A stretch of 64,000 nucleotides of DNA from Planctomycetota bacterium (GTDB lineage: Bacteria > Planctomycetota > B15-G4 > SIAN01). Location: contig JANNXA010000016.1 of the NCBI GenBank assembly GCA_031409275.1, positions 196,269 to 260,268 on the forward strand. The letters are read 5' to 3'. Positions 50,136 to 59,395 of this stretch are shown in pieces (within the stretch, counting starts at the first letter, position 1; the number at the start of each line of letters is the position of its first letter). The translations under genes were made by a program, and so were the position numbers. The notes under the pieces were generated by a model. The model had not been told where the DNA came from. It made no database searches and saw only the letters and a list, made by a program, of their open reading frames with translations.

Positions 50136-51154
50136 ACGGAACGACGGTCCTCGATCGGCTGCGCGCGGCCATGACGCGCCGCGCCACGCTGCTGCACGAC
50201 GCGCGAGTCACGGCGCTGCGATGGCTGAACGGCGCCGGCGACGGCCTTCCGGGGCTCTACGTCGACCGGCTCGGCGATCAGCGTTTCGTGCATGCCGAGG
50301 AGGGGGCACCGGCCGCGGCGTTGGTCGCCGCGCTGCTCGACCCGGCGCTCGTCCGCGAAAGCGGTCAGCCGGCGCCGCGCGCGATCTGGCAGAAGCCGCT
50401 GCTGAAGAACGTGCGCGCTCATGCCAAGGAAGAGCTGCTGCCGCAGTTGGTGCACGGTGATGCCAGCGACGCCGCGCTCGCCGATCCGGAGTTCGCGGTG
50501 CGCGAAGGAGCAGCCGCATTCCTGGTGCGACCGCGCGAGGGCTACTCGCACGGCCTCTTCCTCGATCAACGCGACAACCGCGTGCGGCTCGCCGAGTGGC
50601 TGCGGCAGCGGGCGACGAGCAGCCGTCCGCCGCCCGCGCTGCTCAACACCTTCGCCTACACCTGCAGCTTTTCCGTCGTCGCGGCACAGGCCGGCGCGCG
50701 AACGACCAGCGTCGACCTGTCGGCGCGCTACCTCGAATGGGGTCAGCGCAACTTCGCCGCCAACGCGCTCGACGTCGCGACGCAGGAGTTCGCGCGCGGC
50801 GACGCGCTGACCTACCTCGCCATCGCCGCCAAGAAGGGACGCCGCTTCGACGCGCTGATCCTCGACCCGCCCACCTTCTCCACCAGCAAGCAGCGCGGCG
50901 TCTTCCAGGTCGAACGCGACTACGGCGAGCTCGCGACGCTGGCGTTGCGCGTCGCCGCCCCCGACGCGCGACTGCTCGCCTCCCACAACCAACGCACCTT
51001 CACCCACGCCGCCCTCGCCGAGAAGCTGCACGCCGCCGCGCACGCCGCCGGCCGCCGCCTTTCCCGCCTCGAACCGTTCGCGCCACCGCTCGACTTTCCG
51101 GGCAGCGAAGGCGAAAACCCCGCCTCCCGCGGCTTCTGGGTCGAGGTGGCGTGA
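50132..51154 (+). CDS. Class I SAM-dependent rRNA methyltransferase (RlmI/RlmK-like)
   Basis: GDGLPGLYVD, GLFLDQRDNR, LNTFAYTCSFS, SVDLS, ILDPPTF; ATGA overlap with lanC-like gene. Confidence 0.92.
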   Translation: MNGTTVLDRLRAAMTRRATLLHDARVTALRWLNGAGDGLPGLYVDRLGDQRFVHAEEGAPAAALVAALLDPALVRESGQPAPRAIWQKPLLKNVRAHAKEELLPQLVHGDASDAALADPEFAVREGAAAFLVRPREGYSHGLFLDQRDNRVRLAEWLRQRATSSRPPPALLNTFAYTCSFSVVAAQAGARTTSVDLSARYLEWGQRNFAANALDVATQEFARGDALTYLAIAAKKGRRFDALILDPPTFSTSKQRGVFQVERDYGELATLALRVAAPDARLLASHNQRTFTHAALAEKLHAAAHAAGRRLSRLEPFAPPLDFPGSEGENPASRGFWVEVA

Positions 51155-51282
51155 GCGGTGACCGAGGTGCGAGGCGAAGCGATTCGGGCAGTCGATGAAA
51201 TAAGCAAGTTGTTATTGGCAAATGACTTACGGCGAGTGTGACGCCTCGTCGCAGAAAGCTGATGAGATAACCGCCGGCCCGG

Positions 51283-52689
51283 TCACGCCCAGAACGGGAG
51301 ATAGCGCGCGTACTTCCGCGAGGCACCGACTTTTGTGTCGGGCTTGATCAGCCCCGCCTCGGTCGTGGCCGAGAGGATCTGCGAGACGATCGTGCTCTTG
51401 CCTTCAGGAAGCTTGAAGCGCGCGCGCAGCGACTGATTCGTCATCGACTGCGACATCACGTGCCTCAGGCAACAATGCTGGTAGCAGGCGCGCGTGCGAT
51501 CGTCGCGCCCCATCTGGTCGAACGGCCGCGGCCCGAAGACCACCGCTACCGTCCTCGCGGGCACGACCCGGAAGTCGGGTGCCGGAAGCTGGAAGGCCTC
51601 GGCCGTATGGACGACTCGATCGACGCCGCTGCCCTTCTCTTCGCAGATCCCGAAGCGTCGCATCAACGCGGCGAGCCGCTCGTTCCGCGAGCGGTAGCCG
51701 TCGATGAATCGGTCGGCCGGGACGATCGGCTCACCGGGATTTGAGATCTCGACCCGATCGCCGTAGATCTCGATCATCACGGACGTCCCGCTGATCGACA
51801 GATCCTGGTGCACGAGGGCGTTCGCGACCAGCTCGCGGATCACCTCTTCCGGGACGAGCTTCGACTCGCGGCGCAACGCCTGCTCGACCACCTCGTTCTG
51901 CGGGAGCTGGCTCATCACGAACGTGACGAGCGCTCGAAACCCGACCGCGAACCCGCGAAGACCGGTCCGATCGAGTCGCGTGGCCAGCTTCGAGGCTCCG
52001 GAGTAGACGACGACGCGCGGCGCCTTCCGCGAAAGGTCGGGGAACTCCTCGAGACGACGAGCGAGGAGCAGTGCCGCGATCCGCCGCACGACGAAGCCGC
52101 TGCCCTCGCGATCGACCATCCGCTCCGAGACCAACCGCTCGAGGATCCCCGCTTGATTCGGCGGAAGCGGCAGGCGCAGCAGCTCGAAGAAACCCTGCAC
52201 ATCAAGCCGCTCGATGACCTCCGCCATCGTCCAAGCGGGACCGGCCGCGCCCTCGATCCAGTCAGGGCGTCCTTCATCGAAAATCTGCCGCAGTCGATCC
52301 TCGCTCATCGCGACCACCGACTCGCCGGAGCGCATCAGGTAGCGGCCGTCGCGGTGGTAGGCGGTGCCACACGGCCGTGACGGGATATGCGCGACCACGA
52401 CCCGCCCCTCCGGGTGGTCGACCCCTTCCAGGTCGACTCGGAAGCCGAGGGTGTCGAGGATCCACTTCTGCTTCGAAAGGAGATCGGGGAGCGCCTGCGT
52501 CCCCACCACCACCCGAGGTGGGCGATTCGACACGCCGAGGACGAGCTTCCCGCCGCCCTCGTTCGCCAACGCCACGCAGTACTCGAGGAGCGTCGCGCCA
52601 TCGATCTGCGTCTTCGCCTCCTTGAACTCGAGATGCTCCGTCTCCGAAGGGAGCATCCGCCAACGATCGATCTCGGAAACTGAGGTCAC
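51283..52689 (-). CDS. Schlafen/AlbA_2 domain + HATPase_c_4 (RecG C-terminal-like) + wHTH protein
   Basis: ETEHLEFKEAK, VALANEGGGKLVLGV, RELVANALVHQD, EISNPG, SRNERLA, EEKGSGVD; GTG start at 52689 inferred because the longer ORF runs through the MITE. Confidence 0.9.
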   Translation of the reverse strand: MTSVSEIDRWRMLPSETEHLEFKEAKTQIDGATLLEYCVALANEGGGKLVLGVSNRPPRVVVGTQALPDLLSKQKWILDTLGFRVDLEGVDHPEGRVVVAHIPSRPCGTAYHRDGRYLMRSGESVVAMSEDRLRQIFDEGRPDWIEGAAGPAWTMAEVIERLDVQGFFELLRLPLPPNQAGILERLVSERMVDREGSGFVVRRIAALLLARRLEEFPDLSRKAPRVVVYSGASKLATRLDRTGLRGFAVGFRALVTFVMSQLPQNEVVEQALRRESKLVPEEVIRELVANALVHQDLSISGTSVMIEIYGDRVEISNPGEPIVPADRFIDGYRSRNERLAALMRRFGICEEKGSGVDRVVHTAEAFQLPAPDFRVVPARTVAVVFGPRPFDQMGRDDRTRACYQHCCLRHVMSQSMTNQSLRARFKLPEGKSTIVSQILSATTEAGLIKPDTKVGASRKYARYLPFWA

Positions 52690-52800
52690 AGGGAGTGATT
52701 CCCTCGAAGCTGCACTGTCGCATGACGCTGAAAGGACGTTACCGCAGCGCTCCAGTGACTCGATCACTGGCGCGCCCTCCGTCGCCGCTGCCGACGCTAG

Positions 52801-52960
52801 CAGCCCGTTGGAGAAGTCACCGCGAGTCTGGCGAGCGGATTTCGAGTCGGGACGAGGAGGAGGTTCGAAGACAACTCCCCTGTGAGTTGTCGAGAGACTC
52901 CGACAAAGTACCGGCTTGAAAGACACCGCCAGGCGACACGGGGAGTTCTCCAACGGGCTG
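52801..52960. mobile_element. MITE type A copy 2 (160 bp, CTAG target duplication)
   Basis: Same TIRs as 4522-4696; CTAG at 52797-52800 and 52961-52964; 15 bp shorter internally. Confidence 0.9.
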
Positions 52961-52999
52961 CTAGAACGAGCCGCTCGCACGTCGACTCCTGGAGTTCCC

Positions 53000-55993
53000 A
53001 TGACTCGCGCGGTCCATTCGTCGAGATGCCCCACCCGCCGCCGCGCGTTCGCCTCCACGTTCGCCGCGCTCACGCTTTTGGCGGCGCCACACGCGCTCGC
53101 TCAGGCCGCGCCGAAGAAGCCGGCGCCGAGCTACGTCGCGCAAGCGCCGCTCTGGGAGCACGAACGCTCCGATCTGAAACCCGATCCGCGCTTCCACTTC
53201 GGCAAGTTCGCGAACGGGTTGCGCTACGCGTGGGCCGACCATGCGAATCCGCCGCGCCAGCTCCACCTGCGCCTCTTCGTCGACATCGGGAGCCTCGCGG
53301 AGCAGGGCGACGAAGTCGGCATCGCGCACTTCCTCGAGCACATGGCGTTCAACGGATCGAAGAGCTTCAAGGCCGGGACGCTGGTGCCGACCTTCCAGAG
53401 CCAGGGGATCCGCTTCGGTTCCGACGTCAACGCCCACACCGGATTCGACGAGACCGTCTACGAGCTCGACCTGCCCGATGGCGATCCGGCGCGCCTCGAA
53501 CAAGCGCTGCGTTGGTTCCGTGACATCGTCGACGGGCTCAAGCTCGATCCGAAGGAGATCGAGGCGGAGAAGGGGGTCGTCGACGCCGAGGAAGAAACGC
53601 GCCGCAGCAAAGGCCAGGAGCTGATGCTCGACCGGCTCGCCCATCTGCTCGATGGTTCGCGTTACCCGCGACGCCTCCCCATCGGCGAGAAGGCGGTGCG
53701 CGCGCAGTTCGACAAGAAGCGGGTCACCGCTTTCTACGACCGCTGGTACCGGCCCGAGCGCTGCACCTTCCTGATCGTCGGTGACCTCGGCGGACAGGAC
53801 CCGAGCGCGCGCCTCGAAGCGGCGTTCGCCAGCGCGAAAGGGCGCGGCAAAGCGGCAGAGCCGCCGGGCGGCGGGCTCGACGGGCTCACGTTCGCGAAGT
53901 CGCTCTTCACCGACCCGAGCGGCGGCGGCCTCACGCTGTACGTCGCGAAGGGCCATGCGCCCGACGACCTCGGCGACGACGCGCGCACGCGCCTGGCCAC
54001 GCTCGAACTCGCGATCGCGTGCGACGTGCTCGAAGAGCGGATGAACCAGATCGTGCCGCGCACCTACGTCACCGCCAGCGTCGCCAGCGGCGCGCGCTTC
54101 CACCCGGCCGCCGACCTCGTCGGTCAACCGGTGATGGAAGGGATCTCGCTTCGCCTCAGCACCAACCTCAACCATTGGGCGGGGGCGATGCAGATGGCCG
54201 AGCGCGAAGTGCGCCGCTTCCTTGAACGGGGGGCCGCGGACGGCGAGTGGCAGGAGGCGCGCGAACGCCTCGCCGACGAGCTGAAGGAGCCGACCGCTTC
54301 ACCGAACCCCACCAGCGCTGCGCTGATCGAGCAGCTGCTCGAAGCCTGCCGCGGCCGCGCGGTGCCGATGGACGCGGCCGCTGAGCGCGCGGCGTGGCGA
54401 ACAGCGGCGGCGGCGCTCGATCCGGCCCGCGCGTTCGCCGCCTTCATCGCCGAGTGGAAACGCGGGCAGCTCGTGCTCGCGGCGCTTGGCGATCTCGACC
54501 TGCGCGACTCGGCGCGCGAGATGTTGGAGGACGCCTGGAAGACGTCGGCCGCGTCGAACCTCGACGTGAAGCCGATCGTGCGCGACGACCTCTCGGCGCT
54601 CGCCCCGAAGAAGGAGAAGAAGCCGGCGGCCGGCACGACGACGGCAGGAGTGGCGCCACCCGCGGCCGCCCCGTTCGCCTACGCGCTGCCCGATACGCCC
54701 GCGGCGCCGAGCGCAACGGTGGAGCTGCCCGCGCTGCGCGCGCGGCGCATCGAGTTTCGCAACGGGGTACGCGCCTTCGTCCGCCAGCTGGAAGGTGGCA
54801 ATGGCCGCTTCCATGTCGAAGCGAGCCTGGGCCATGGGCTGCTTCGACTGGAAAGCGAGGCGTGCGACGTCGCCAAGGTGGCGGAGCGAGTGCTGCCCGA
54901 CGCCGCACTGAAGAAGCTGAAGCGAGCGGAACTCGAAGCGGCGCTGGCGACGGCGGGTGGTGACCTCGATTTCAGCGTCGGCGGCGATCGCTGCGTCTTC
55001 AACGGTCGCGCGCAAGGCGGCGGTGGCGAGGCGGGATTGCGCTGCGTCCTCGAAGCGCTCGTCGCCACGCTCACCGATGGCGGCGATCGGGCGGCGGCCT
55101 TCGCGAAGTTCCAGAAGGAGCTGCCCGCGCTGATCGTCGACACCGATCGGCCGACGTGGGGCAGCGCGCGTCTCCTCTTCGATCGGGCGCTCGCCAACGG
55201 CGATCGGCGCCGCCTGCCGCTCGAACGCGAGACCGCGACGCGCGTGACGCTCGACGCGGTGAGTGAGTTCCTGGATGCGGAGCTCGCTGGCCCGATCGAC
55301 GTGGTGATCGTCGCGGAACTGCCGCTCGATGCGCTGGTGAAGCAGTTGGCGAGCACGCTCGGCACGCTGCCGCCGCGCGCGCCGGCGACGCCCCTCGTCG
55401 AATCGCGGCGCGCGGCGCCGCCGATGAAGAGCGGTCTCGACGATCCGCGCGGCGCCATCGACCTCGATACGCAAGTGGCGCTGCTGCACGTCGTCTACGG
55501 CGCGACGGACGCCATCAGCGCCGCGGCCGAGCGACGGATCGAGCTGCTCGCCGACATCGTCAACGATCGCCTGCGTTCGGAGATCCGCGAGAAGCTCGGC
55601 ACGACCTACTCGCCCAATGGCAGTGCTTGGGGCGATCCCGCGTTCACGGGTCGCGGCCGTGTCGAGCTCGACCTGCGCGTCGATCCCGCGAAGGTTCCGG
55701 TGACCAAGGAGGCGTGCCTCGTCGCGATGGAGACGCTCGCCAGGAGCGGCGCCTCGCAGGGCGAGCTCGATCGCCTGCGTGCGGCTCGCCTCGGAACGTT
55801 GGACGCAATGGCGCGCGATCCCGCCTTCTGGGTGCATCAACTCCACCGCTGCTTCGCCACCCCAGCGCTGCAAACCGAGCTGGCCGACCTGAAACAGTGG
55901 TACGGCAGCGTCACGCTCGCCGAGATCAACGCGCTCGCGAAGCAGTCGCTCACGCGCGAGAAGGCGTCGGTGCTGGCAGTGAGGCCGCGGTGA
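53000..55993 (+). CDS. M16 family zinc protease (PqqL/insulinase-like), secreted
   Basis: GIAHFLEHMAFNGS (HxxEH), NAHTGFDETVY, EKGVV, IREKLGTTYS; GGAG RBS before ATG 53000. Confidence 0.93.
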   Translation: MTRAVHSSRCPTRRRAFASTFAALTLLAAPHALAQAAPKKPAPSYVAQAPLWEHERSDLKPDPRFHFGKFANGLRYAWADHANPPRQLHLRLFVDIGSLAEQGDEVGIAHFLEHMAFNGSKSFKAGTLVPTFQSQGIRFGSDVNAHTGFDETVYELDLPDGDPARLEQALRWFRDIVDGLKLDPKEIEAEKGVVDAEEETRRSKGQELMLDRLAHLLDGSRYPRRLPIGEKAVRAQFDKKRVTAFYDRWYRPERCTFLIVGDLGGQDPSARLEAAFASAKGRGKAAEPPGGGLDGLTFAKSLFTDPSGGGLTLYVAKGHAPDDLGDDARTRLATLELAIACDVLEERMNQIVPRTYVTASVASGARFHPAADLVGQPVMEGISLRLSTNLNHWAGAMQMAEREVRRFLERGAADGEWQEARERLADELKEPTASPNPTSAALIEQLLEACRGRAVPMDAAAERAAWRTAAAALDPARAFAAFIAEWKRGQLVLAALGDLDLRDSAREMLEDAWKTSAASNLDVKPIVRDDLSALAPKKEKKPAAGTTTAGVAPPAAAPFAYALPDTPAAPSATVELPALRARRIEFRNGVRAFVRQLEGGNGRFHVEASLGHGLLRLESEACDVAKVAERVLPDAALKKLKRAELEAALATAGGDLDFSVGGDRCVFNGRAQGGGGEAGLRCVLEALVATLTDGGDRAAAFAKFQKELPALIVDTDRPTWGSARLLFDRALANGDRRRLPLERETATRVTLDAVSEFLDAELAGPIDVVIVAELPLDALVKQLASTLGTLPPRAPATPLVESRRAAPPMKSGLDDPRGAIDLDTQVALLHVVYGATDAISAAAERRIELLADIVNDRLRSEIREKLGTTYSPNGSAWGDPAFTGRGRVELDLRVDPAKVPVTKEACLVAMETLARSGASQGELDRLRAARLGTLDAMARDPAFWVHQLHRCFATPALQTELADLKQWYGSVTLAEINALAKQSLTREKASVLAVRPR

Positions 55994-56091
55994 GGGTGCG
56001 GCAGGGAAATCCTGAATGGCGGACGTTCTCGTCGAGTGCTAACTCGTGCGTGAGTCTTCGGTCCCCGAGCTGCCCTCGGACGCCGTCATGC

Positions 56092-56634
56092 ATGCACCTT
56101 CGAGTCCCCCCCCCCGGCCGCCATGGGGGCCACCGCTTGTTCGGTGAGACGCTGGCGACGTGGACTGCGCGAGCCTCCAACATCGCACGGCGCGTTGGCT
56201 TGGCGCGCCAAGATGGCAGCGACGTGCTCCAGTCGGCGGTTGCGCGTTTCGTGGCCAGCGGTCGAGCGCTGCCGGTCGAGCCGCATCCCGACGCCCGTCT
56301 GCTCTGCCGGATGCTCAAGTTCGCCGCAATCGAGGCATCGCGCCATCGCCGGCATGTGCGTCGCGTCGAGTCAGAGTGGGCGGCAATGCTGTTTCGATTC
56401 GGGCCGCGCGACGGACCACGCGCTTCGCCTTCCTGCGATCTCGAAGAGCTGTCCACTCGAGAGCAGGCGGAGCGCTTGCTGCGGGAACTCCCCGACGCCG
56501 AACGTTGGCTTCTCGAACGCTGGTCGCGCGGAGCGCTGCATGCGGAGATGGCGCGCGAGCTCGGGATCAGCGAGGCGAGCTTCCGCCAGCGACTGCGGCG
56601 ACTGCTGGCGAAGATCCGGCAGGACCACTGCTGA
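56092..56634 (+). CDS. ECF-type sigma-70 factor (divergent)
   Basis: Region 2-like QDGSDVLQSA...LCRMLKFAAIEASR; region 4 LPDAERWLL...HAEMARELGISEASFRQRLRR; start uncertain. Confidence 0.72.
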   Translation: MHLRVPPPGRHGGHRLFGETLATWTARASNIARRVGLARQDGSDVLQSAVARFVASGRALPVEPHPDARLLCRMLKFAAIEASRHRRHVRRVESEWAAMLFRFGPRDGPRASPSCDLEELSTREQAERLLRELPDAERWLLERWSRGALHAEMARELGISEASFRQRLRRLLAKIRQDHC

Positions 56635-57043
56635 GGGCCAACAGCGACAGCCCGACCAGCAGGGCGACGTGACTCTCGGTCGACAGCTTGCGCACGCCAA
56701 GGCATCCGCACTTCGACGCTGAACCACCATTCATCGCCGCTACCAGCAGCCAACCGAGTCCGAGCTGGAAGCCAACGAAGGCGAGCGCGAGTGCCGTTTT
56801 GCGCGTGCGGGACATCAGCAGAGCGAGAGCGAGACCCAACTCCAGGATGGCGGTGGCGAAAACCAAGGTTCGCGCGCCAAGCCACTTCGCCACCGTCGCC
56901 AGCACGGGCGCGGACGACCACTCCCGTGCGCTCGACTCCCATCCGGTGAGCTTGAAGAGCGCTGCGCCGATCAGCACCACCGCAATGACGATGGCGCGCA
57001 TTGCAATGGGATCGCGCCGAACCAACAGCTGTCGCAAGTGCAT
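56567..57043 (-). CDS. MauE/DoxX family redox-associated membrane protein
   Basis: Four TM helices, AALFKL, LELGLAL, KCGCLG motif; AAGGAG RBS overlapping the upstream gene end. Confidence 0.8.
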   Translation of the reverse strand: MHLRQLLVRRDPIAMRAIVIAVVLIGAALFKLTGWESSAREWSSAPVLATVAKWLGARTLVFATAILELGLALALLMSRTRKTALALAFVGFQLGLGWLLVAAMNGGSASKCGCLGVRKLSTESHVALLVGLSLLALSSGPAGSSPAVAAVAGGSSPR

Positions 57044-57046
57044 GCG

Positions 57047-58783
57047 TCAGCTCCTTTCGACCGGAGGGTCGATCACGACCTCGACCTCAAGGACCATCTC
57101 CTTACTCGGCTCGACCGTGACCGAGCGGAACTGGACTGGGCGGGCGACGCCGATCGAGGGGTTGACGCTTGGCGTGAACAGGATGTCGTAGGTTCCGCAG
57201 CGGAACGCATCGACACGGTAGGGCGGGTCGAGGAAGTGGAGCGGATACATCGAACCGTTCGGTGGGTCGCCGGTCCGTCGAACTTGTGCCGACAGAGTCA
57301 ACTCGAACGGCTCACGATCGTGTCCGCGCACGTCGAAACGAAGGCGACCGAGTGCCCCGAATCGAAAAGTCGCTGAGGCTGGGGCTGGCCCGATCGTGAA
57401 CTCGACGAGATCGGGGACGTCCTTGTTCGGGAGGGAATACTGCCTTCCGGTGGTGTGGAAGACCGCGCGGTAGAGACCGTACGGGATCCCGTGGAGTTCG
57501 ACCCGACCGTCGATCGTCGCCCGGATCGGAAACGTGAGCACCGGAATCCCAGGTTCGAGCGTCTTCATTCCAAGCTCTCCGACCAAGCGGGAGCCGCTTC
57601 GACCTGATTCAAGTTTCCATGGCGGATCGATGAAGTCGACCACCAGGTCCCCGAAGCCGTGTTGACCCAACGGCTCCAGCTCGACGAGCCTCCGCTCAAC
57701 CGACGTCACGAGCCGCGGAAGGGAAACTTCCACGCGCTTCGTCTGGTAGCCCGCGACTCCGAGGAGGAACCGCGCTGGCCCGATCGTCGCAGCGTCCGTC
57801 TCCTTGGCGTACATCAGGAGCAACGATTGTCGATCGCTCAGCACCTCCGCTGGCAACGGGCTACCGGCCAGGGCGAGGAGCCTCGGAATCGGCATCGGGT
57901 CGGCGTCGCCATCCGCGACCATCTCGAACATGTCGGAGCTGGATCGCAGCTCGCGCGAGGCGCGCAGCGGTGCGCCGCCAGCCTCGCGACCCTCGACGAT
58001 GCACGCGAAGACTGGTGTCACCTCGACCCGCGCGTCTTGCGTCGGAACTCTCGCGCATGAAGTGAATCCATCGGAGACGCACCCACCGCCACCGGCATCG
58101 AGTCGGTAGACGACACCATCGAGCAGGTCGTTGAATTGAAACCTGCCCTCCGCGTCCGCCTCGACGACGGTGCACAAGCTCCACTGCGAACTCGGCCCGA
58201 AATCGATCATGCGGTCGCCGTTCGACGACTGACGCCAGGCGGCGACTTTCACTTCCGGCGGCACGGAATGCGCCGACTTCCTGACCACGCGACCAGCCAG
58301 TACGCCGCCCTTGTCGAGCTCGATCGTCGTCTCGACGCGGTCATCAGCCGGTTCAAGCGGCACCTCGCGCAGCGCAAAACCGGCAGCGCGGACCCGGACC
58401 ATCGTCGCAACGCCCGCCTTCTCGACGAACTCGAGCGCAGTCTTTCCCTCCGAGTCCGTGGTGCACTGCGTGGCCGCCGAAGGGGATTTCTCGAACCAGA
58501 GTTCGAGAGCTGCGCCAACCACCGGAGATCGACCCAGCCGGCTGACCACGGTGAACTGGAGGTTGCGCGCACGCGCGGTCGGCTCATTGGTCCCGCTATT
58601 AACTTCGACCTGCTCCAGCCTCGTCACCGCTGGGCTCGGGAGCGACGGCGCCTCGATCGGGGGCGCCGGAGTCGCCGTGGTCGTCGGCACGACGCGAGGT
58701 GCTCGATTCCGGCGGTCGACGATCACCACCGTCACCGCTAGGAGCAGAGTGGCGAAGATCCAAACTTGTTGGTTTCTGGACAT
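57047..58783 (-). CDS. Membrane-anchored carboxypeptidase-regulatory-like (beta-sandwich repeat) protein
   Basis: N-terminal TM, Pro/Thr linker, PVVGAAL...TTDSEG...VRAAGF, LAGRVV...ADAEGRFQF, GLYR/GTYD strands. Confidence 0.75.
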   Translation of the reverse strand: MSRNQQVWIFATLLLAVTVVIVDRRNRAPRVVPTTTATPAPPIEAPSLPSPAVTRLEQVEVNSGTNEPTARARNLQFTVVSRLGRSPVVGAALELWFEKSPSAATQCTTDSEGKTALEFVEKAGVATMVRVRAAGFALREVPLEPADDRVETTIELDKGGVLAGRVVRKSAHSVPPEVKVAAWRQSSNGDRMIDFGPSSQWSLCTVVEADAEGRFQFNDLLDGVVYRLDAGGGGCVSDGFTSCARVPTQDARVEVTPVFACIVEGREAGGAPLRASRELRSSSDMFEMVADGDADPMPIPRLLALAGSPLPAEVLSDRQSLLLMYAKETDAATIGPARFLLGVAGYQTKRVEVSLPRLVTSVERRLVELEPLGQHGFGDLVVDFIDPPWKLESGRSGSRLVGELGMKTLEPGIPVLTFPIRATIDGRVELHGIPYGLYRAVFHTTGRQYSLPNKDVPDLVEFTIGPAPASATFRFGALGRLRFDVRGHDREPFELTLSAQVRRTGDPPNGSMYPLHFLDPPYRVDAFRCGTYDILFTPSVNPSIGVARPVQFRSVTVEPSKEMVLEVEVVIDPPVERS

Positions 58784-58823
58784 CGAGCACCCCTCGTGAT
58801 CCCGGTGACCTCGTAGGAGCCGA

Positions 58824-59249
58824 CTACTCGGGGCAGGTTCCGTACCACGGAGCGGCCATCGTCCCACTTCCGGTCAAACGACACACGCCGCTCGCACAGC
58901 CCCAGTAGGGAAAACAGTCTCCCACGACGCTCGGTAGGTCATACTTTTTCGTGCTACTGTTGTAGTACGCCACCGCCGTGCAGCATCCCGAGTCGCTGCT
59001 CGCCGACGGGCATCCGCATGTGATGTAGCTTCCAGTAGAACCCGCAGACCCGCCGCGAAGGCGAGTGTCGCAGCTCCCGCTCGGCTCGCACGCGTCATTG
59101 CTGAGACAGAAGACGTTCATGTTGCCGCCCGGATTGCTGGTCATTCCAGAGGGGCACGACGTCTGGATCGGCATCAGGGCCGGCGCGAATCCGACGGCAG
59201 TGAGGATCAATCCAATCAGGCCGGTGGCGTTTGCTGAGTTGAGTCGCAT
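58824..59249 (-). CDS. Small secreted cysteine-rich protein (141 aa, 12 Cys)
   Basis: GGGAG RBS before ATG 59249; hydrophobic signal peptide; all 12 Cys in the Ser/Gly-rich mature part; first gene of a co-oriented three-gene run. Confidence 0.78.
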   Translation of the reverse strand: MRLNSANATGLIGLILTAVGFAPALMPIQTSCPSGMTSNPGGNMNVFCLSNDACEPSGSCDTRLRGGSAGSTGSYITCGCPSASSDSGCCTAVAYYNSSTKKYDLPSVVGDCFPYWGCASGVCRLTGSGTMAAPWYGTCPE

Positions 59250-59395
59250 CGATGGCTCCCAATGGGTGTCGGCGCTGAGACAGCGCAACACCGGTACTTC
59301 GAGCGTCGGACGGGGTTCGAGCTCTCCTATCGCTCCTCGATCGAGCTACGTGACAAGCGTGCCCGTCGCAGGTGCGGAGTCGGCAACGAATCGAC

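Noticed and set aside
48738..51154. Lanthipeptide biosynthetic cluster
   Set aside because: No dehydratase, precursor or transporter; the neighbours are housekeeping enzymes.
52690..53073. N-terminal extensions of the Schlafen, M16 and vWA ORFs in the ORF track
   Set aside because: They read through MITE sequence; better starts lie downstream (52689, 53000, 46111).
29652..59249. Complete methylamine dehydrogenase (mau) system from the di-haem protein, MauE and the Cys-rich protein
   Set aside because: The genes are more than 20 kb apart, there is no MauB/MauD, and the Cys-rich protein lacks recognisable MauA sequence or a Tat signal.
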